Counted from the stretch's first letter, positions 30,429 to 41,037 are shown. The stretch is 64,000 bases of DNA from an uncultured Bacilli bacterium (GCA_944327845.1 CALVHN010000001.1:9149-73148); one strand, 5' to 3'. Notes: generated by a model not told the origin, from the sequence alone. A program made the numbers and translations.

Positions 30429-32111
30429 TTAAGAATCTCGATAACAACTTCCACCAATAAATTCTTTTAAGATTGAATTACATGGAATCCAAGTAGTATC
30501 AATATTTTTAAAATATTTTAATAATTTAATTAATCTTTCAGCATCAGATCCATATTCTGAATCACGATCAATTTTTTGAAGAAGAGGTAAAGCAAATTGC
30601 TTCATGACACATAATTCATAATTTAAAAATGAGTCAAAGACATAATCAGCTTCTTCTTGAGTTTGATATATCCATTTAAATTCTCCACGTCTAACACTTG
30701 GCCACATTGAAATAGTTTCTTCAGCTGAAGAATTACGATATTTAAAATCACGAACAATTCTTCTAATTAAACGAATATCAGTTAAAGAAATAGGATTTTC
30801 ATTATCAATATTTATTTGAGCTTGAGGAGAAATAAATATTTTATATTTTAAGAACTTAGGAATTGAACTGGTCATTTTTTCATTTAAAGCATGAATTCCT
30901 TCAATAATAATTGGATTTAATTGAGAAATTTTAACAGTTTTACCTTTTTTACGTTTATTTTCTTTAAATGAAAATATAGGAAGATCAACTGATTTTCCAT
31001 CTAATAAACCATGAAGATTTTGATTAAATAAATCTATATCTAAAGCATCAAGAGATTCAAAATCTAAATTACCATATTCATCTTTTGGAACATCTTCCCT
31101 TCTTTTATAGTAATCATCTATTGAAATTCTTATTGGATTTATTCCACGAGACATAAGTTCAACCGTTAAACGATCAGCAAAAGTAGTTTTTCCACTGCTT
31201 GAAGGTCCAGCGATACAAATTAAGCGAATATCTTTAATATGGTTTTCAATTTCTTCTCCAAGTTGAGAAAGCATTCGATTATGACGATTTTCACACATAT
31301 TAATTAAAGTTACTGCTCCAGTATTATTTATATAACTATTAATTCCAGCAACAGTACTTAAATTAACTAAATTTCCCCATTCTTGAGAATGAATTAAAGT
31401 ATCTCTAAATGTAGGTTCATCTAAAAATGGTGGAATTAATCCATTAAATTCGCTTCTTGGATATTGAATTAATAGGCCATTAACATATTGAATTAACTTA
31501 AAATCTTTTAAATATCCAGTTGAAGGAACCATCTTTCCATACATGTAATTAACATACCCATCGACTTCATAGAAGTGGACTGTCTTTTCTGGACGATATT
31601 TTAAAATTGCGGCTTTATCAAGTAATGAAAACTTTTTATATAAAGTTAAAGCTTCTTCATTACTAGCAATTTTTCTAATGAAAGGAAAATCTTCATTAAC
31701 GATTCTTTTCATTTCAGCTTCTAATTTACGAGTCATATCTAATGTGACCATTTTTGTTTTACCACTAATTATTTGAGCAAAGATTGCTCTTGATACAAAG
31801 TAAGTTAATTTAAATCTAATATTTGGATATAAATTATGGGCGGCCATTGTAAATAAAAATCTTAACCCTCTTTCATAAATTCCCATTGCATCATGATCTT
31901 TAAGTGTTAAAAATTCAACCTCAGCATCATAATAAACATCGTAATCTAATTCACGAATTCTTTTATTTACTTGAGCACAAATAATATTTTTATCGTTATT
32001 AGTTAAATCAAGAAGTTTTACTTTTTTCTCAAAAGAGCGTGTTTCCCCATTATAAGTTAATGTGAACATATTATTATTTCTCCTTTTCGTATATTGATAA
32101 GATTTTAGCAA
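30429..32111 (-). CDS. uridine-kinase-family P-loop kinase with a ~270-aa N-terminal extension
   Basis: P-loop 'IAGPSSSGKTTFADRL' followed by 'ISIDDYYKRRED', a Udk/PRK-family signature. 560 aa. Confidence 0.5.
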   Translation of the reverse strand: MLKSYQYTKRRNNNMFTLTYNGETRSFEKKVKLLDLTNNDKNIICAQVNKRIRELDYDVYYDAEVEFLTLKDHDAMGIYERGLRFLFTMAAHNLYPNIRFKLTYFVSRAIFAQIISGKTKMVTLDMTRKLEAEMKRIVNEDFPFIRKIASNEEALTLYKKFSLLDKAAILKYRPEKTVHFYEVDGYVNYMYGKMVPSTGYLKDFKLIQYVNGLLIQYPRSEFNGLIPPFLDEPTFRDTLIHSQEWGNLVNLSTVAGINSYINNTGAVTLINMCENRHNRMLSQLGEEIENHIKDIRLICIAGPSSSGKTTFADRLTVELMSRGINPIRISIDDYYKRREDVPKDEYGNLDFESLDALDIDLFNQNLHGLLDGKSVDLPIFSFKENKRKKGKTVKISQLNPIIIEGIHALNEKMTSSIPKFLKYKIFISPQAQINIDNENPISLTDIRLIRRIVRDFKYRNSSAEETISMWPSVRRGEFKWIYQTQEEADYVFDSFLNYELCVMKQFALPLLQKIDRDSEYGSDAERLIKLLKYFKNIDTTWIPCNSILKEFIGGSCYRDS

Positions 32112-32192
32112 TAAAAGGATAGTTTATCAATATAGATAGACCTTTATCTAAAATTAATTGATAGATTTTTTAAGATTATTAAAATATAAGTT

Positions 32193-33173
32193 GTGAGCAA
32201 TCTTTTATATCTAAATAACTTCTATTTAGCTAGACGAAAAAACAATAAAAGAATTATTGAAATTGATTTTTTAAGAGGTTTTTGCATTGTTTTAATGATA
32301 ATTGACCATTTTTTCTATGATTTTGCTTTTTTAATAGAAGAACTTTATGATTTAAGTAATATTACAAATTCTTTTATTATAAATTTACAAAATTTTGCTA
32401 CTTTTTATTGGGATTGGGATGTAAGGATAAATGTAAGATATTTTATTATAGCTTTATTCTTCTTTTTATCAGGATTATCTTCTTATTTTTCAAGAGATAA
32501 TTTAAAAAGAGGATTATTAATTTCTATTGTTGGGTTATTAATTAATATTATAACTTTTAGTATAAGCTTTATTATTCCAGGATTTAATTCTTCTAGAATT
32601 CTTTTTGGAACAATAAATGCTTTTGGTTTATCAATTTTAATATATGGAATAATTGAAGCGATTTTAAATAAATTTAATAAAAACAATATGTTTTCCAATA
32701 TATTTTTAATTATAGTTGGTTTAATAATAGTATTTGTTGGTTATTTTGGGACTAATTTTTTCAATAAAACATCAATTTATTTATATGAAGTAGACTTTAA
32801 AAATTATTTAAATTTAGTTATTGGAAATATGATTTTAACTCCAAGTGCAGATTCTATGCCTATTGTTCCATACTTAGGATATTTATTAATTGGTGCAGGT
32901 TTAGCAAGCTTTTTATATAAAAATAAGGTTTCTATATTTACTAAATTATCAAAATTTAAATTAAAAGAGATGAATAGAAATAGCTTTTCTAACATTTATC
33001 ATCTATATCTATATAAATTTTATTCCTATGGATATAAAACAATATCAGTAGTTTCTAAAATAATAAATTTTATTGGAAGATACTCTTTTTACTTTTATAT
33101 CTTTCATCAAATAGGAATACTATTAATCGTTATAATTATTATGTATATCAATGGATTTAGGATGAATATATAA
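32193..33173 (+). CDS. polytopic membrane protein (DUF1624 / heparan-alpha-glucosaminide acetyltransferase-like); start uncertain
   Basis: About 9 predicted transmembrane helices and an N-terminal 'IIEIDFLRGFCIVLMIIDHF' motif typical of this acyltransferase-like family. Non-ATG start (GTG/TTG) in the ORF track. Confidence 0.45.
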   Translation: MSNLLYLNNFYLARRKNNKRIIEIDFLRGFCIVLMIIDHFFYDFAFLIEELYDLSNITNSFIINLQNFATFYWDWDVRINVRYFIIALFFFLSGLSSYFSRDNLKRGLLISIVGLLINIITFSISFIIPGFNSSRILFGTINAFGLSILIYGIIEAILNKFNKNNMFSNIFLIIVGLIIVFVGYFGTNFFNKTSIYLYEVDFKNYLNLVIGNMILTPSADSMPIVPYLGYLLIGAGLASFLYKNKVSIFTKLSKFKLKEMNRNSFSNIYHLYLYKFYSYGYKTISVVSKIINFIGRYSFYFYIFHQIGILLIVIIIMYINGFRMNI

Positions 33174-33181
33174 TTTTAATT

Positions 33182-34786
33182 ATGGAACAAATTAATAATC
33201 AAACCTTATATCAAGCTATTCTTAAAGCAAGAGAAAATTTTCCTAAAAGAAAAGCTTTATATTATAAAAATAAATATATTTATTACTCGACATTAATTAA
33301 AAATATTAATTTAATGTCTTCTTTTTTAAAAACACTTGGAATAATTAAGGATGATGTAGTTTCAATAGCTTTACCCAATACTTTTGTTACTGTTTATTTG
33401 ATTTATGCAGTAAATCAAATAGGAGCAATTAATAATTTAATTCATCCATTAATTAAAAGTAATAACTTAAAGAAAATTATTAATAAAGTAAATTCTAAAA
33501 TTTTATTTTGTTTAGATACATCATATAGTGAATATTTTAAAGAATTAGATGAAGATATTTTAATAGTTCCAGTAAATCCAACATTTGGTTTAAATAAATT
33601 TGTTCAACTTGCTTACCATTTATTAAATAAAAAGAATCTTCAATTTAAAAATAAGATAAAAATAAATTTAAATAAATATCAAGAATATAAAGAATTTGAT
33701 AAAGATTATTTAAAAGATTCATTTTACTTACAAAGTGGTGGAACAAGTGGAGATAGTAAAACAATCGCTTTATCTAATTTTGCAATTAACGCATTAGTTA
33801 ATGAATTTCCTAAAATGATTGGATTTAATGATGCAAAAGATATGTATATGCTTGCAACTTTACCTACTTTTCATGGTTTTGGACTAGCAGTTGGGATCCA
33901 TACTTTATTAAGCTATGGTGGATGTGACATGCTTTTACCAAAGTTTTCTACTAAAGAAACAATAAAATTAATAAATAAAGATAAATTAACTTTTATTATT
34001 GGAATTCCTCGATTATATCAAGCTTTATTGAATAATAAAAAATTTGATACACCCCATTTAAAATCATTAAAATATACTTTTGTTGGAGGAGATAGTGTAA
34101 GTAAAACTTTAAAAAGTAACTTTGATAATTTAATGATTAAAAATAATTCTATTGCTAGACTTTATGAAGGATATGGCTTAACAGAAGTAGTGACTGTTTG
34201 TTCTTTAAATATAAATAATTTTTATAAAGAAGGAAGCGTTGGAAAATTATTAAATAATGTTAAATGCAAAATAATTGATGAAAACTTAAATGATGTTACT
34301 TATTTAAAAGATGGAGAGATCTATTTAAGTGGAGAAACATTAATGAATGGATATCGTTTTAATAATGAAGAATCATTTATTTATGATGAAAATAATGTTA
34401 AATGGATAAAAACAGGAGATTATGGATTTTTAGATAAAGATAACTTTCTTTATTTTAAACAAAGAATTAAACAGATCATTAAAATTAAAGGAATAAACCT
34501 TTATCCTAAAGAAATTGAATCAGTTGTTAAGGAATTAGATTTTATTTTTGATTGTTCAGTATTAGGAATTAAAGAAGAAAATTTAATTGAAGAAAAGATC
34601 TATTTATTTATAGTAATTAATAAATTATATGAAAACAAAAACTATGATTTTGAAATAAAAGCTAAGATTAGCAAGGATATTGGAGAAATTGCTTTACCTT
34701 ATAAAATAATTTATTTAGATAAAATTGATAAAACAGATATAGGTAAAACTGATTATAAAAAATTAATTAGTAGAATTAATAACTGA
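33182..34786 (+). CDS. AMP-binding (adenylate-forming) enzyme, acyl-CoA synthetase-like
   Basis: AMP-binding motif 'YLQSGGTSGDSKTIALS', 'YEGYGLTE', 'GDYGFLD', and a C-terminal 'K' motif region. Confidence 0.65.
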   Translation: MEQINNQTLYQAILKARENFPKRKALYYKNKYIYYSTLIKNINLMSSFLKTLGIIKDDVVSIALPNTFVTVYLIYAVNQIGAINNLIHPLIKSNNLKKIINKVNSKILFCLDTSYSEYFKELDEDILIVPVNPTFGLNKFVQLAYHLLNKKNLQFKNKIKINLNKYQEYKEFDKDYLKDSFYLQSGGTSGDSKTIALSNFAINALVNEFPKMIGFNDAKDMYMLATLPTFHGFGLAVGIHTLLSYGGCDMLLPKFSTKETIKLINKDKLTFIIGIPRLYQALLNNKKFDTPHLKSLKYTFVGGDSVSKTLKSNFDNLMIKNNSIARLYEGYGLTEVVTVCSLNINNFYKEGSVGKLLNNVKCKIIDENLNDVTYLKDGEIYLSGETLMNGYRFNNEESFIYDENNVKWIKTGDYGFLDKDNFLYFKQRIKQIIKIKGINLYPKEIESVVKELDFIFDCSVLGIKEENLIEEKIYLFIVINKLYENKNYDFEIKAKISKDIGEIALPYKIIYLDKIDKTDIGKTDYKKLISRINN

Positions 34787-34859
34787 TTATTAAAAAAATT
34801 TAATTCTTACTATGTCAAATTTATAGATATTTTAAGAATGTTAAATGAGCTATAACAAT

Positions 34860-35600
34860 TAAGTGAGGGAAATTATACTTAATTTAATAGTAGAGCTTGA
34901 TAACTATATGATTGAAGATTATATGTTTATTATTTAGCTTGGAATTTTTATTATTTGCGTTTTAACTAAATTCTTTACTAATAAATTAGTAAGCATTTGG
35001 TTTATTAGAGGAATATTAATTACAAACTTTACTTCGTTCATTGATAAATCTCCTTTTTGATGAGAGATATTAATTTTTAGTGGATTAAGTGCTTTTTTAT
35101 TAATTATTTTTCAACCAATTATTAAAAATTTTTATCTCATAATAAAGAAAATACTAATATTAACGAATTTATTGGTAAAAAATGTATTGTTTTAAAATAT
35201 ATTACTTTTTTTGAAAAAGGAGAAGTTAAAGTTAATAGACATATCTAGCTTGTAGTTTCAAGTTAAAGATCCTAAATTCTATTTGTATGGCGCTGAAGAT
35301 TCAATCAGGGTAATCAGAGATTAATAAGTACAACATCAAGAAATATAATTGTCGAATTAGATTTAGACCAAACTTTAACTAGTAGGAATCTCATTAATAC
35401 TAAATAATAAAAGAAGCAGAGGGTGAAGCTGCAACAAAAGGTCGAGAAGCACTTAAAAAAGCTGGTGTAGATGACAAAGATTTAATCTTAAATCATATGA
35501 AGCTTTAAATAAAGTTGCTGATGGAAAATCAACAAAATTCATCATCCCAAGTTTACTTTAAAATATAAGTTCAATCACTTTAACTATCAAAGAAATTATC
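34860..35600 (+). pseudogene. decayed remnants of an NfeD/YuaF-like membrane protein and an SPFH (stomatin/flotillin-like) C-terminus
   Basis: Short frames: 'LGIFIICVLTKFFTNKLVSIWFIRGILITNFTSFIDKSPF' then TGA TGA, then 'EILIFSGLSAFLLIIFQPII...' and 'ITFFEKGEVKVNRHI'; later 'EAEGEAATKGREALKKAGVDDKDLI' and 'NKVADGKSTKFIIPSLL'. Many stops and frameshifts, and no ORF of 60 aa or more. Confidence 0.3.
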
Positions 35601-35736
35601 AAAAATTAGTCTTATTTTTTAAATTTCCTTTTAGATTCTATATTTTTTTAAAATAATAATAAAAATTATTTTGTGGCAAAATTATTTTTGTTATAATTAA
35701 TGTACAATTAGAATTTACTCAGGAGGAGATAATAAT

Positions 35737-36459
35737 ATGAGAAAATTTTTAAAATTAGGAATTTGTTTAGTCGTTGGTGCAAGTTTTTTATTAACTAGTT
35801 GTGGAGAAACTGCTATTACCCAAGCAGAAGCTACTACTAAATTTAAAGCAATGGATGCTAAAAAGGCATTTGATGAATTAAATGGTTTAGAAGTCACTGC
35901 AACTATTGAAGCTAAGGGTGAAACTGTTGAGGAAACAGGCAAAGCTGAAGTTAAGTTCCAAGTTGATTTTACAGAAACTAGCGTTTATTTATATATGGAA
36001 GTATCAATGACACAAGGTGATAAAACCGAAGAAATGAAAGGTTTAATGTATATTGATGGGACAACTGCTTATAGTGGCGAATCTGTTAATGGTGAGGTAA
36101 ATGAAGCTACTATTACTGTAGAACAAGTTAAAACTCAATTTACGGAAGCTAAGGATTCAACTATTTATCCCATGGCTAATAATGAAGAACTTAGTGCAAT
36201 GGTATTTGGTGCAGCTGAAACAACATTTGACTATTTTGAATTAAGTGATGGTGGATTAAAAGTAAGTGGAGAAAGTTCAGCTACTGTTGGTGGTGATGGT
36301 GTTGTCCAAAAAATAAACATTGAATATACTAGTGCTGGATTATTAAGATTAGTTGATGCTGAAATTAATACAACTGTTAATGGTGTTACAACAGGAATGA
36401 TCATCAATTATGAGATTGATTACAACGCTAACTTTACTAAATTAACTTCTTTAAAATAA
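35737..36459 (+). CDS. lipoprotein (240 aa)
   Basis: Signal peptide with lipobox 'LLTSC' ('MRKFLKLGICLVVGASFLLTSCGE'). A GGAGG ribosome-binding site lies upstream. Confidence 0.6.
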   Translation: MRKFLKLGICLVVGASFLLTSCGETAITQAEATTKFKAMDAKKAFDELNGLEVTATIEAKGETVEETGKAEVKFQVDFTETSVYLYMEVSMTQGDKTEEMKGLMYIDGTTAYSGESVNGEVNEATITVEQVKTQFTEAKDSTIYPMANNEELSAMVFGAAETTFDYFELSDGGLKVSGESSATVGGDGVVQKINIEYTSAGLLRLVDAEINTTVNGVTTGMIINYEIDYNANFTKLTSLK

Positions 36460-36515
36460 TAAAAATTTTTATCAATTACACTTAGTAAGATTTTTAAAAT
36501 TAAAGCAAAAAACAA

Positions 36516-36551
36516 AATCTGTGAGGGTAAGCTCGCAGATTTTTCTTTTTA
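36516..36551 (+). terminator. rho-independent terminator after the lipoprotein gene
   Basis: 10-bp stem AATCTGTGAG / CTCGCAGATT with one G-U pair, loop GGTAAG, then TTTTTCTTTTT. Confidence 0.55.
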
Positions 36552-36953
36552 AACTAATCATTTTTTAATTAAAAAATAGATGATGTTTTAACTTCTGTAA
36601 CTATGAAATATGATATTGATTATAATGTTTCTTTTTTTGATAAACATCGTTAGAGAAATCGATCAATAATTAAAAAACCTATGTATTTATTAACCTTTTT
36701 GACCATATTTCTTAAAAAAATTGTTTTTTCTAGACTATTTTTTATTTTAAATATGAAAAAAATAGATAAAAAATTTGCAATTTTTTTTGACAATGTCAAA
36801 TTTATTAATTTATTGAAATTATTCAAGAAATAAATTTTGAACAAAAATATATTATTTCCCACATAATTTTAAAAAATACATAGGTTTTAAATGTTTTATA
36901 GTATTTATTTTATAAAAATAATTATCAACACTTTTAAGCTAAAACCCAAAAAT

Positions 36954-37098
36954 AAAAAAAAAAAAAAATTTATTAAAATTAAATAAAAAAAAAAAAAAAA
37001 AAAGTAAAAAAAAAAAAAAAAAAATTAATAGAACAAATATAATAAAAAAAAATAACAAAATAAATGACCTAAAATAAAAAAAAAAAAAAAAAAAAAAA
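36954..37098. repeat. cluster of five homopolymeric poly(A) tracts (15, 19, 19, 9 and 23 nt) upstream of the surface-protein operon
   Basis: Direct reading: A15 at 36954-36968, A19 at 36985-37003, A19 at 37006-37024, A9 at 37044-37052, A23 at 37076-37098. A TTGACA -35-like hexamer follows at 37164. Confidence 0.9.
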
Positions 37099-37241
37099 CG
37101 ACCATTAAAATTAAATAGAAATAATGGATACAAAAGTAAGAAAAAAATAAAAAAAATTAAGGTTTGACACTATAAACCTTGACTATTTATCATTTGGCAC
37201 CATGCATAAATGGAAATAGATTTTTAAAAGGGGGATATATT

Positions 37242-37874
37242 ATGCATAAGAAATTTTTTACATTTGCTGTCCCATTATTAGGAGCAGCTGTATTAGTTGG
37301 TGCTGGTTTTTCTGCTTGGGTTTTCCAAGGTGAAGGATCTGCAAAAATTACTGGAACTATTAGTGTTACACCAGCTATTGATACCTTAAATGTTCAACTT
37401 TATAAAGATGCTAGCACTAAAGCAGATGAAGTTAGTGCTGTAACACTTACCTTAGATCAAGGTGGTGTAATGAATAATGATGTAACTAAAGGTGCAACCA
37501 CTGATGTTTCTTCGTATGATATTCTTGTTACTTTTACTGAAACAGATGGTGCTTTAGCTGCTTTATTTGATGATTTTCAGTTAACTTTAGATGCAGAAAT
37601 TAGTGTTACTGCTGCAACAAAAGGTGATGCATCTAGCGATATTTTAACAACTTTTATAAATTATGTTGATTTAACTGATGATTCTAAAACAGCAACTGGT
37701 AATTTTACCGTTTATGATGAAAATAGTTTTGTTATCGAAGACGTAGATTTATTATGGACTTATGCTCAAAAACCTACAAGTTATGGTGAATATAATGCAA
37801 TGAATACAGCATTAAGTGGTGCTAATTTTACCATTACTGTAAGAGTTACTGCAGATTGGACTCCTAGAATTTAA
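37242..37874 (+). CDS. secreted protein with a 'GAGFSAWVF' signal-peptide motif
   Basis: The ATG at 37242 is preceded by a GGGGGA ribosome-binding site. N-terminus 'MHKKFFTFAVPLLGAAVLVGAGFSAWVFQGEG'. The ORF track starts earlier, at 37179. Confidence 0.6.
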   Translation: MHKKFFTFAVPLLGAAVLVGAGFSAWVFQGEGSAKITGTISVTPAIDTLNVQLYKDASTKADEVSAVTLTLDQGGVMNNDVTKGATTDVSSYDILVTFTETDGALAALFDDFQLTLDAEISVTAATKGDASSDILTTFINYVDLTDDSKTATGNFTVYDENSFVIEDVDLLWTYAQKPTSYGEYNAMNTALSGANFTITVRVTADWTPRI

Positions 37875-37914
37875 TTAGATTTAAATAATAATTAATCACT
37901 AAATAAAAAGGAAA

Positions 37915-38595
37915 ATGTACTTACTTAATAAGATAAAAAATATTGCTATTCCACTTTTAGGATTTACTACATTAGTTTCAACAGGGTTTGGAGCATGGGT
38001 CTTTCTTGGATCCATGTCCAGCTCTTATGAAATTAGATCAACTCAAGTAAATGTTACAAGAGTTAATGATTCTATAGGTAAGCTTGAAATCAATGATAGA
38101 ATCCATCTTTATGAAACTCCATATATTTTAACTTTTGAAGTTGGAAGTGGAGAGGATTTTACAAGTAGTGAAGTTGGTGTTGAGCTTTCAAATAATATTG
38201 AATATAAATTCTATGAGTTTTATCAACCAGAAGAGAATTATGGATATTATTTAAGCTATAGAGTTATTTATAGTGCAAATAGTATTTATGATCAATATGT
38301 TGTAATAAAGGATTTAGCAAATTCTGGAACTAATGAAGCAGATGGAAGATTATATCAAGAATCTCATCAAATTTTATTAGATTCAAGGTTATTTAATGAA
38401 TCATCTACTTTAGATAAAGCAAATAATCCTTATTATGAACTTAATGATGATTTATACATTGACTTTAATTGGAAAGAACATACAAAACCAATTACCGCAA
38501 GTGCATATAATGCATTTTTATCTTCAGTACATGATTCAAGTATCAATTTACCAATCGAAATTGAATTAAAAATTACGTATCAACGAATAAATTAA
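37915..38595 (+). CDS. secreted protein with a 'TGFGAWVF' signal-peptide motif
   Basis: N-terminus 'MYLLNKIKNIAIPLLGFTTLVSTGFGAWVFLGS'. Second of three same-strand genes sharing the motif. Confidence 0.6.
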   Translation: MYLLNKIKNIAIPLLGFTTLVSTGFGAWVFLGSMSSSYEIRSTQVNVTRVNDSIGKLEINDRIHLYETPYILTFEVGSGEDFTSSEVGVELSNNIEYKFYEFYQPEENYGYYLSYRVIYSANSIYDQYVVIKDLANSGTNEADGRLYQESHQILLDSRLFNESSTLDKANNPYYELNDDLYIDFNWKEHTKPITASAYNAFLSSVHDSSINLPIEIELKITYQRIN

Positions 38596-38643
38596 TAATT
38601 AATAAATTTATTTACTCTATATGGAAAGGAGCAAAGCTTTAAA

Positions 38644-41022
38644 ATGAATAAAGTACTTTTGTTTTTTAAATCAAAACCGCTTGCTATTTTATTAATAGTA
38701 TTCTTTATTGTTTTTGGAAGCTTTGCTTCGATTGGTTTTTCTAATTGGATCTTTGAAAGTGAAACAACAGATACAAAAGACAATATTGGATTAGATTCAG
38801 ATCCAATTAGAGAAAATGCAACATTTAATGATGGCTTCGATGTTGTTGATCGAGGCATTCAAACATATGATGTTTATTTTATGGCTCAATCTGTGCCTTA
38901 TACTACTTTATTTGGTAATGATGGATTTAATCAAAATGAAAATAATCAAATTGTTCAACCTTACTATACCTGTATGAATTATGGATCAGCATATGGTTAC
39001 AATGTAAATTATGGTCATTTTGATCAATACGATAATGTTACTGATTGGGAATCAAATAACTTCAACAAATATTTTCTTAAATTCGAAAATAGAGCTGAAA
39101 TATCTATGAGTGATTTGGGTAATATTCCTAACCCAAAAAATAAATTAGTTGATGGAAATAATTGGCCAAAAGATGGCTCTGGTTTAAGATTTGCTGGATG
39201 GATGATTTATCCTTATGATATTTATTTTAAAGAAAGTGGTTCTCATTCTTTAAACCAAGTTTATGGTTGGTATCCTTCGGATATTCTTTCTTCGGACTCG
39301 TCAATTCCTGCTTTTGAATTATTTAATAGTAACGCTTTATTATCTACTTACGATAATATAGCAATTAATGTTAATGGAAAAAAATCATTATTTTTATTTC
39401 CTCTATTTACTACTAATAAAAATTATTACGAACAAAGAAATCAACGTCCACAAAATGTAAGAGATTCTATCTCTATACAGAAAAAAGAATCGAATGGTAA
39501 AAATTTAGGTGAAAACTATTTTATTTATAGTTCTAATTTATCTCAAGGTTTAAGAACTGAATTAGGTTTAAAGACTTCTGATACAAGCGTTAATGTTTTT
39601 CAAATTAATAATTATACGATTGATTCAAAAGATTATAACGATGCAAATATAAGAATAGATATCATAAATGATATGGATAGAAACGATGGATCGTGGGAAG
39701 GAAATCAAAATTTTTATCAGTATGGCGGTAAACATTATGTTCAAAACAGTGATACTTTTAGTGATACTTTTGAAGATAATTTTGATTTAAAAAAGAGCAG
39801 TGGAAGATTTAATATTTATCTAATTGTTAAAGAGGCTTATGATTCAAACAGTGGTGGTTTTAGTAGTCATGATTATAATTTTAATTTTGGAAATAACACT
39901 TTCTTAAAGACTGATATTCAGACTATAGATAGTTTTTTCTCTAATAATAATATTGGTAAATATATTTCATTTAATCTAGGTACTTATGTATCACGACATG
40001 AGAGTGGCGGTTGGCTTAGTTGGCATACATATGGTGATACAAGAGATTATTACATTTACTATGAAAGACTATATGAACCTCGTTTAATTGGTGGAGAAAC
40101 AAATGAATTAAATTATGATTCTGAACGTTCAATTTCCGATCACTTCGTCCGCCAAGGAACCAAAGAATATTTAAAAGATAGATATGAACTTGCTGGTGTT
40201 AATCTTGATGGTAGTCAAACTATTGAATTACCAATTTCTAATGGAAGAAGAACTATGCTAATTCCTAATTATTATTTTGGTATTCAATTAACTCCAGAAA
40301 ATTTCTTTACAACTTATACCTTTGCTTTTAAAGATGAGAGTCAAAACCAAACACCTGAATGGCCTAAATTAAAATTAGAAAATGATGATGAAGTTATTGA
40401 GCAACCATTTTCATCTTCATCAATGTTTAGAATTTATGATCCTGATAGAGACCATGATATCTATATTCGCGAAAGTAATGGTGAAGTGAAAACTCTTCAA
40501 GAAGCAAATTATGATTTTGATGCAAACCCTATAGAATTAATTAAACCTATTAATAAAGGAAACGATGCAATTGGTATTTATACAATCACAGTAGATGTTG
40601 AATATGGCGAAGATGGTTCAGGAAGAACTGTCCCAAAAACAATTTATATTTATGGATATCGACTTTTAAATATTTTTGTTAACATCTGCGATGATAAAAC
40701 ATTTAAAACTGGTTTAAGTCTTGGTGGAGATAGAAATAATAATTTTGTTGATACGAGCAGTTATTCTTATCGAAAAGATAATTATTACCAACTTCAAACT
40801 CTTACTTTAGAAGATAGATTTACAGATACAAATGATTCAAATGAAATAACTTTAGGAGAAATTTTAACTAATTTAAGTTCTCAAAATAAGTGTTTACAAG
40901 AATTAGTTACTCATAGATATATAACTTATGAATCATTAGATCCTAATAATAGTGAATATGTTCCTTTTGTTATACGTAAAAATTATGTATTTATGATTGT
41001 TGATAAACCAACAGCAAATTAA
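38644..41022 (+). CDS. large secreted protein (792 aa) with an 'IGFSNWIF' signal-peptide motif
   Basis: N-terminus 'MNKVLLFFKSKPLAILLIVFFIVFGSFASIGFSNWIFESE'. N/D/Y/G-rich extracellular composition. Confidence 0.6.
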   Translation: MNKVLLFFKSKPLAILLIVFFIVFGSFASIGFSNWIFESETTDTKDNIGLDSDPIRENATFNDGFDVVDRGIQTYDVYFMAQSVPYTTLFGNDGFNQNENNQIVQPYYTCMNYGSAYGYNVNYGHFDQYDNVTDWESNNFNKYFLKFENRAEISMSDLGNIPNPKNKLVDGNNWPKDGSGLRFAGWMIYPYDIYFKESGSHSLNQVYGWYPSDILSSDSSIPAFELFNSNALLSTYDNIAINVNGKKSLFLFPLFTTNKNYYEQRNQRPQNVRDSISIQKKESNGKNLGENYFIYSSNLSQGLRTELGLKTSDTSVNVFQINNYTIDSKDYNDANIRIDIINDMDRNDGSWEGNQNFYQYGGKHYVQNSDTFSDTFEDNFDLKKSSGRFNIYLIVKEAYDSNSGGFSSHDYNFNFGNNTFLKTDIQTIDSFFSNNNIGKYISFNLGTYVSRHESGGWLSWHTYGDTRDYYIYYERLYEPRLIGGETNELNYDSERSISDHFVRQGTKEYLKDRYELAGVNLDGSQTIELPISNGRRTMLIPNYYFGIQLTPENFFTTYTFAFKDESQNQTPEWPKLKLENDDEVIEQPFSSSSMFRIYDPDRDHDIYIRESNGEVKTLQEANYDFDANPIELIKPINKGNDAIGIYTITVDVEYGEDGSGRTVPKTIYIYGYRLLNIFVNICDDKTFKTGLSLGGDRNNNFVDTSSYSYRKDNYYQLQTLTLEDRFTDTNDSNEITLGEILTNLSSQNKCLQELVTHRYITYESLDPNNSEYVPFVIRKNYVFMIVDKPTAN

Positions 41023-41037
41023 GTTAAAGGAGAGAGT

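Noticed and set aside
36939-37133. 64-aa minus-strand ORF made almost entirely of Phe
   Set aside because: It is the translation of the poly(A)/poly(T) tracts (TTT codons). It is non-coding.
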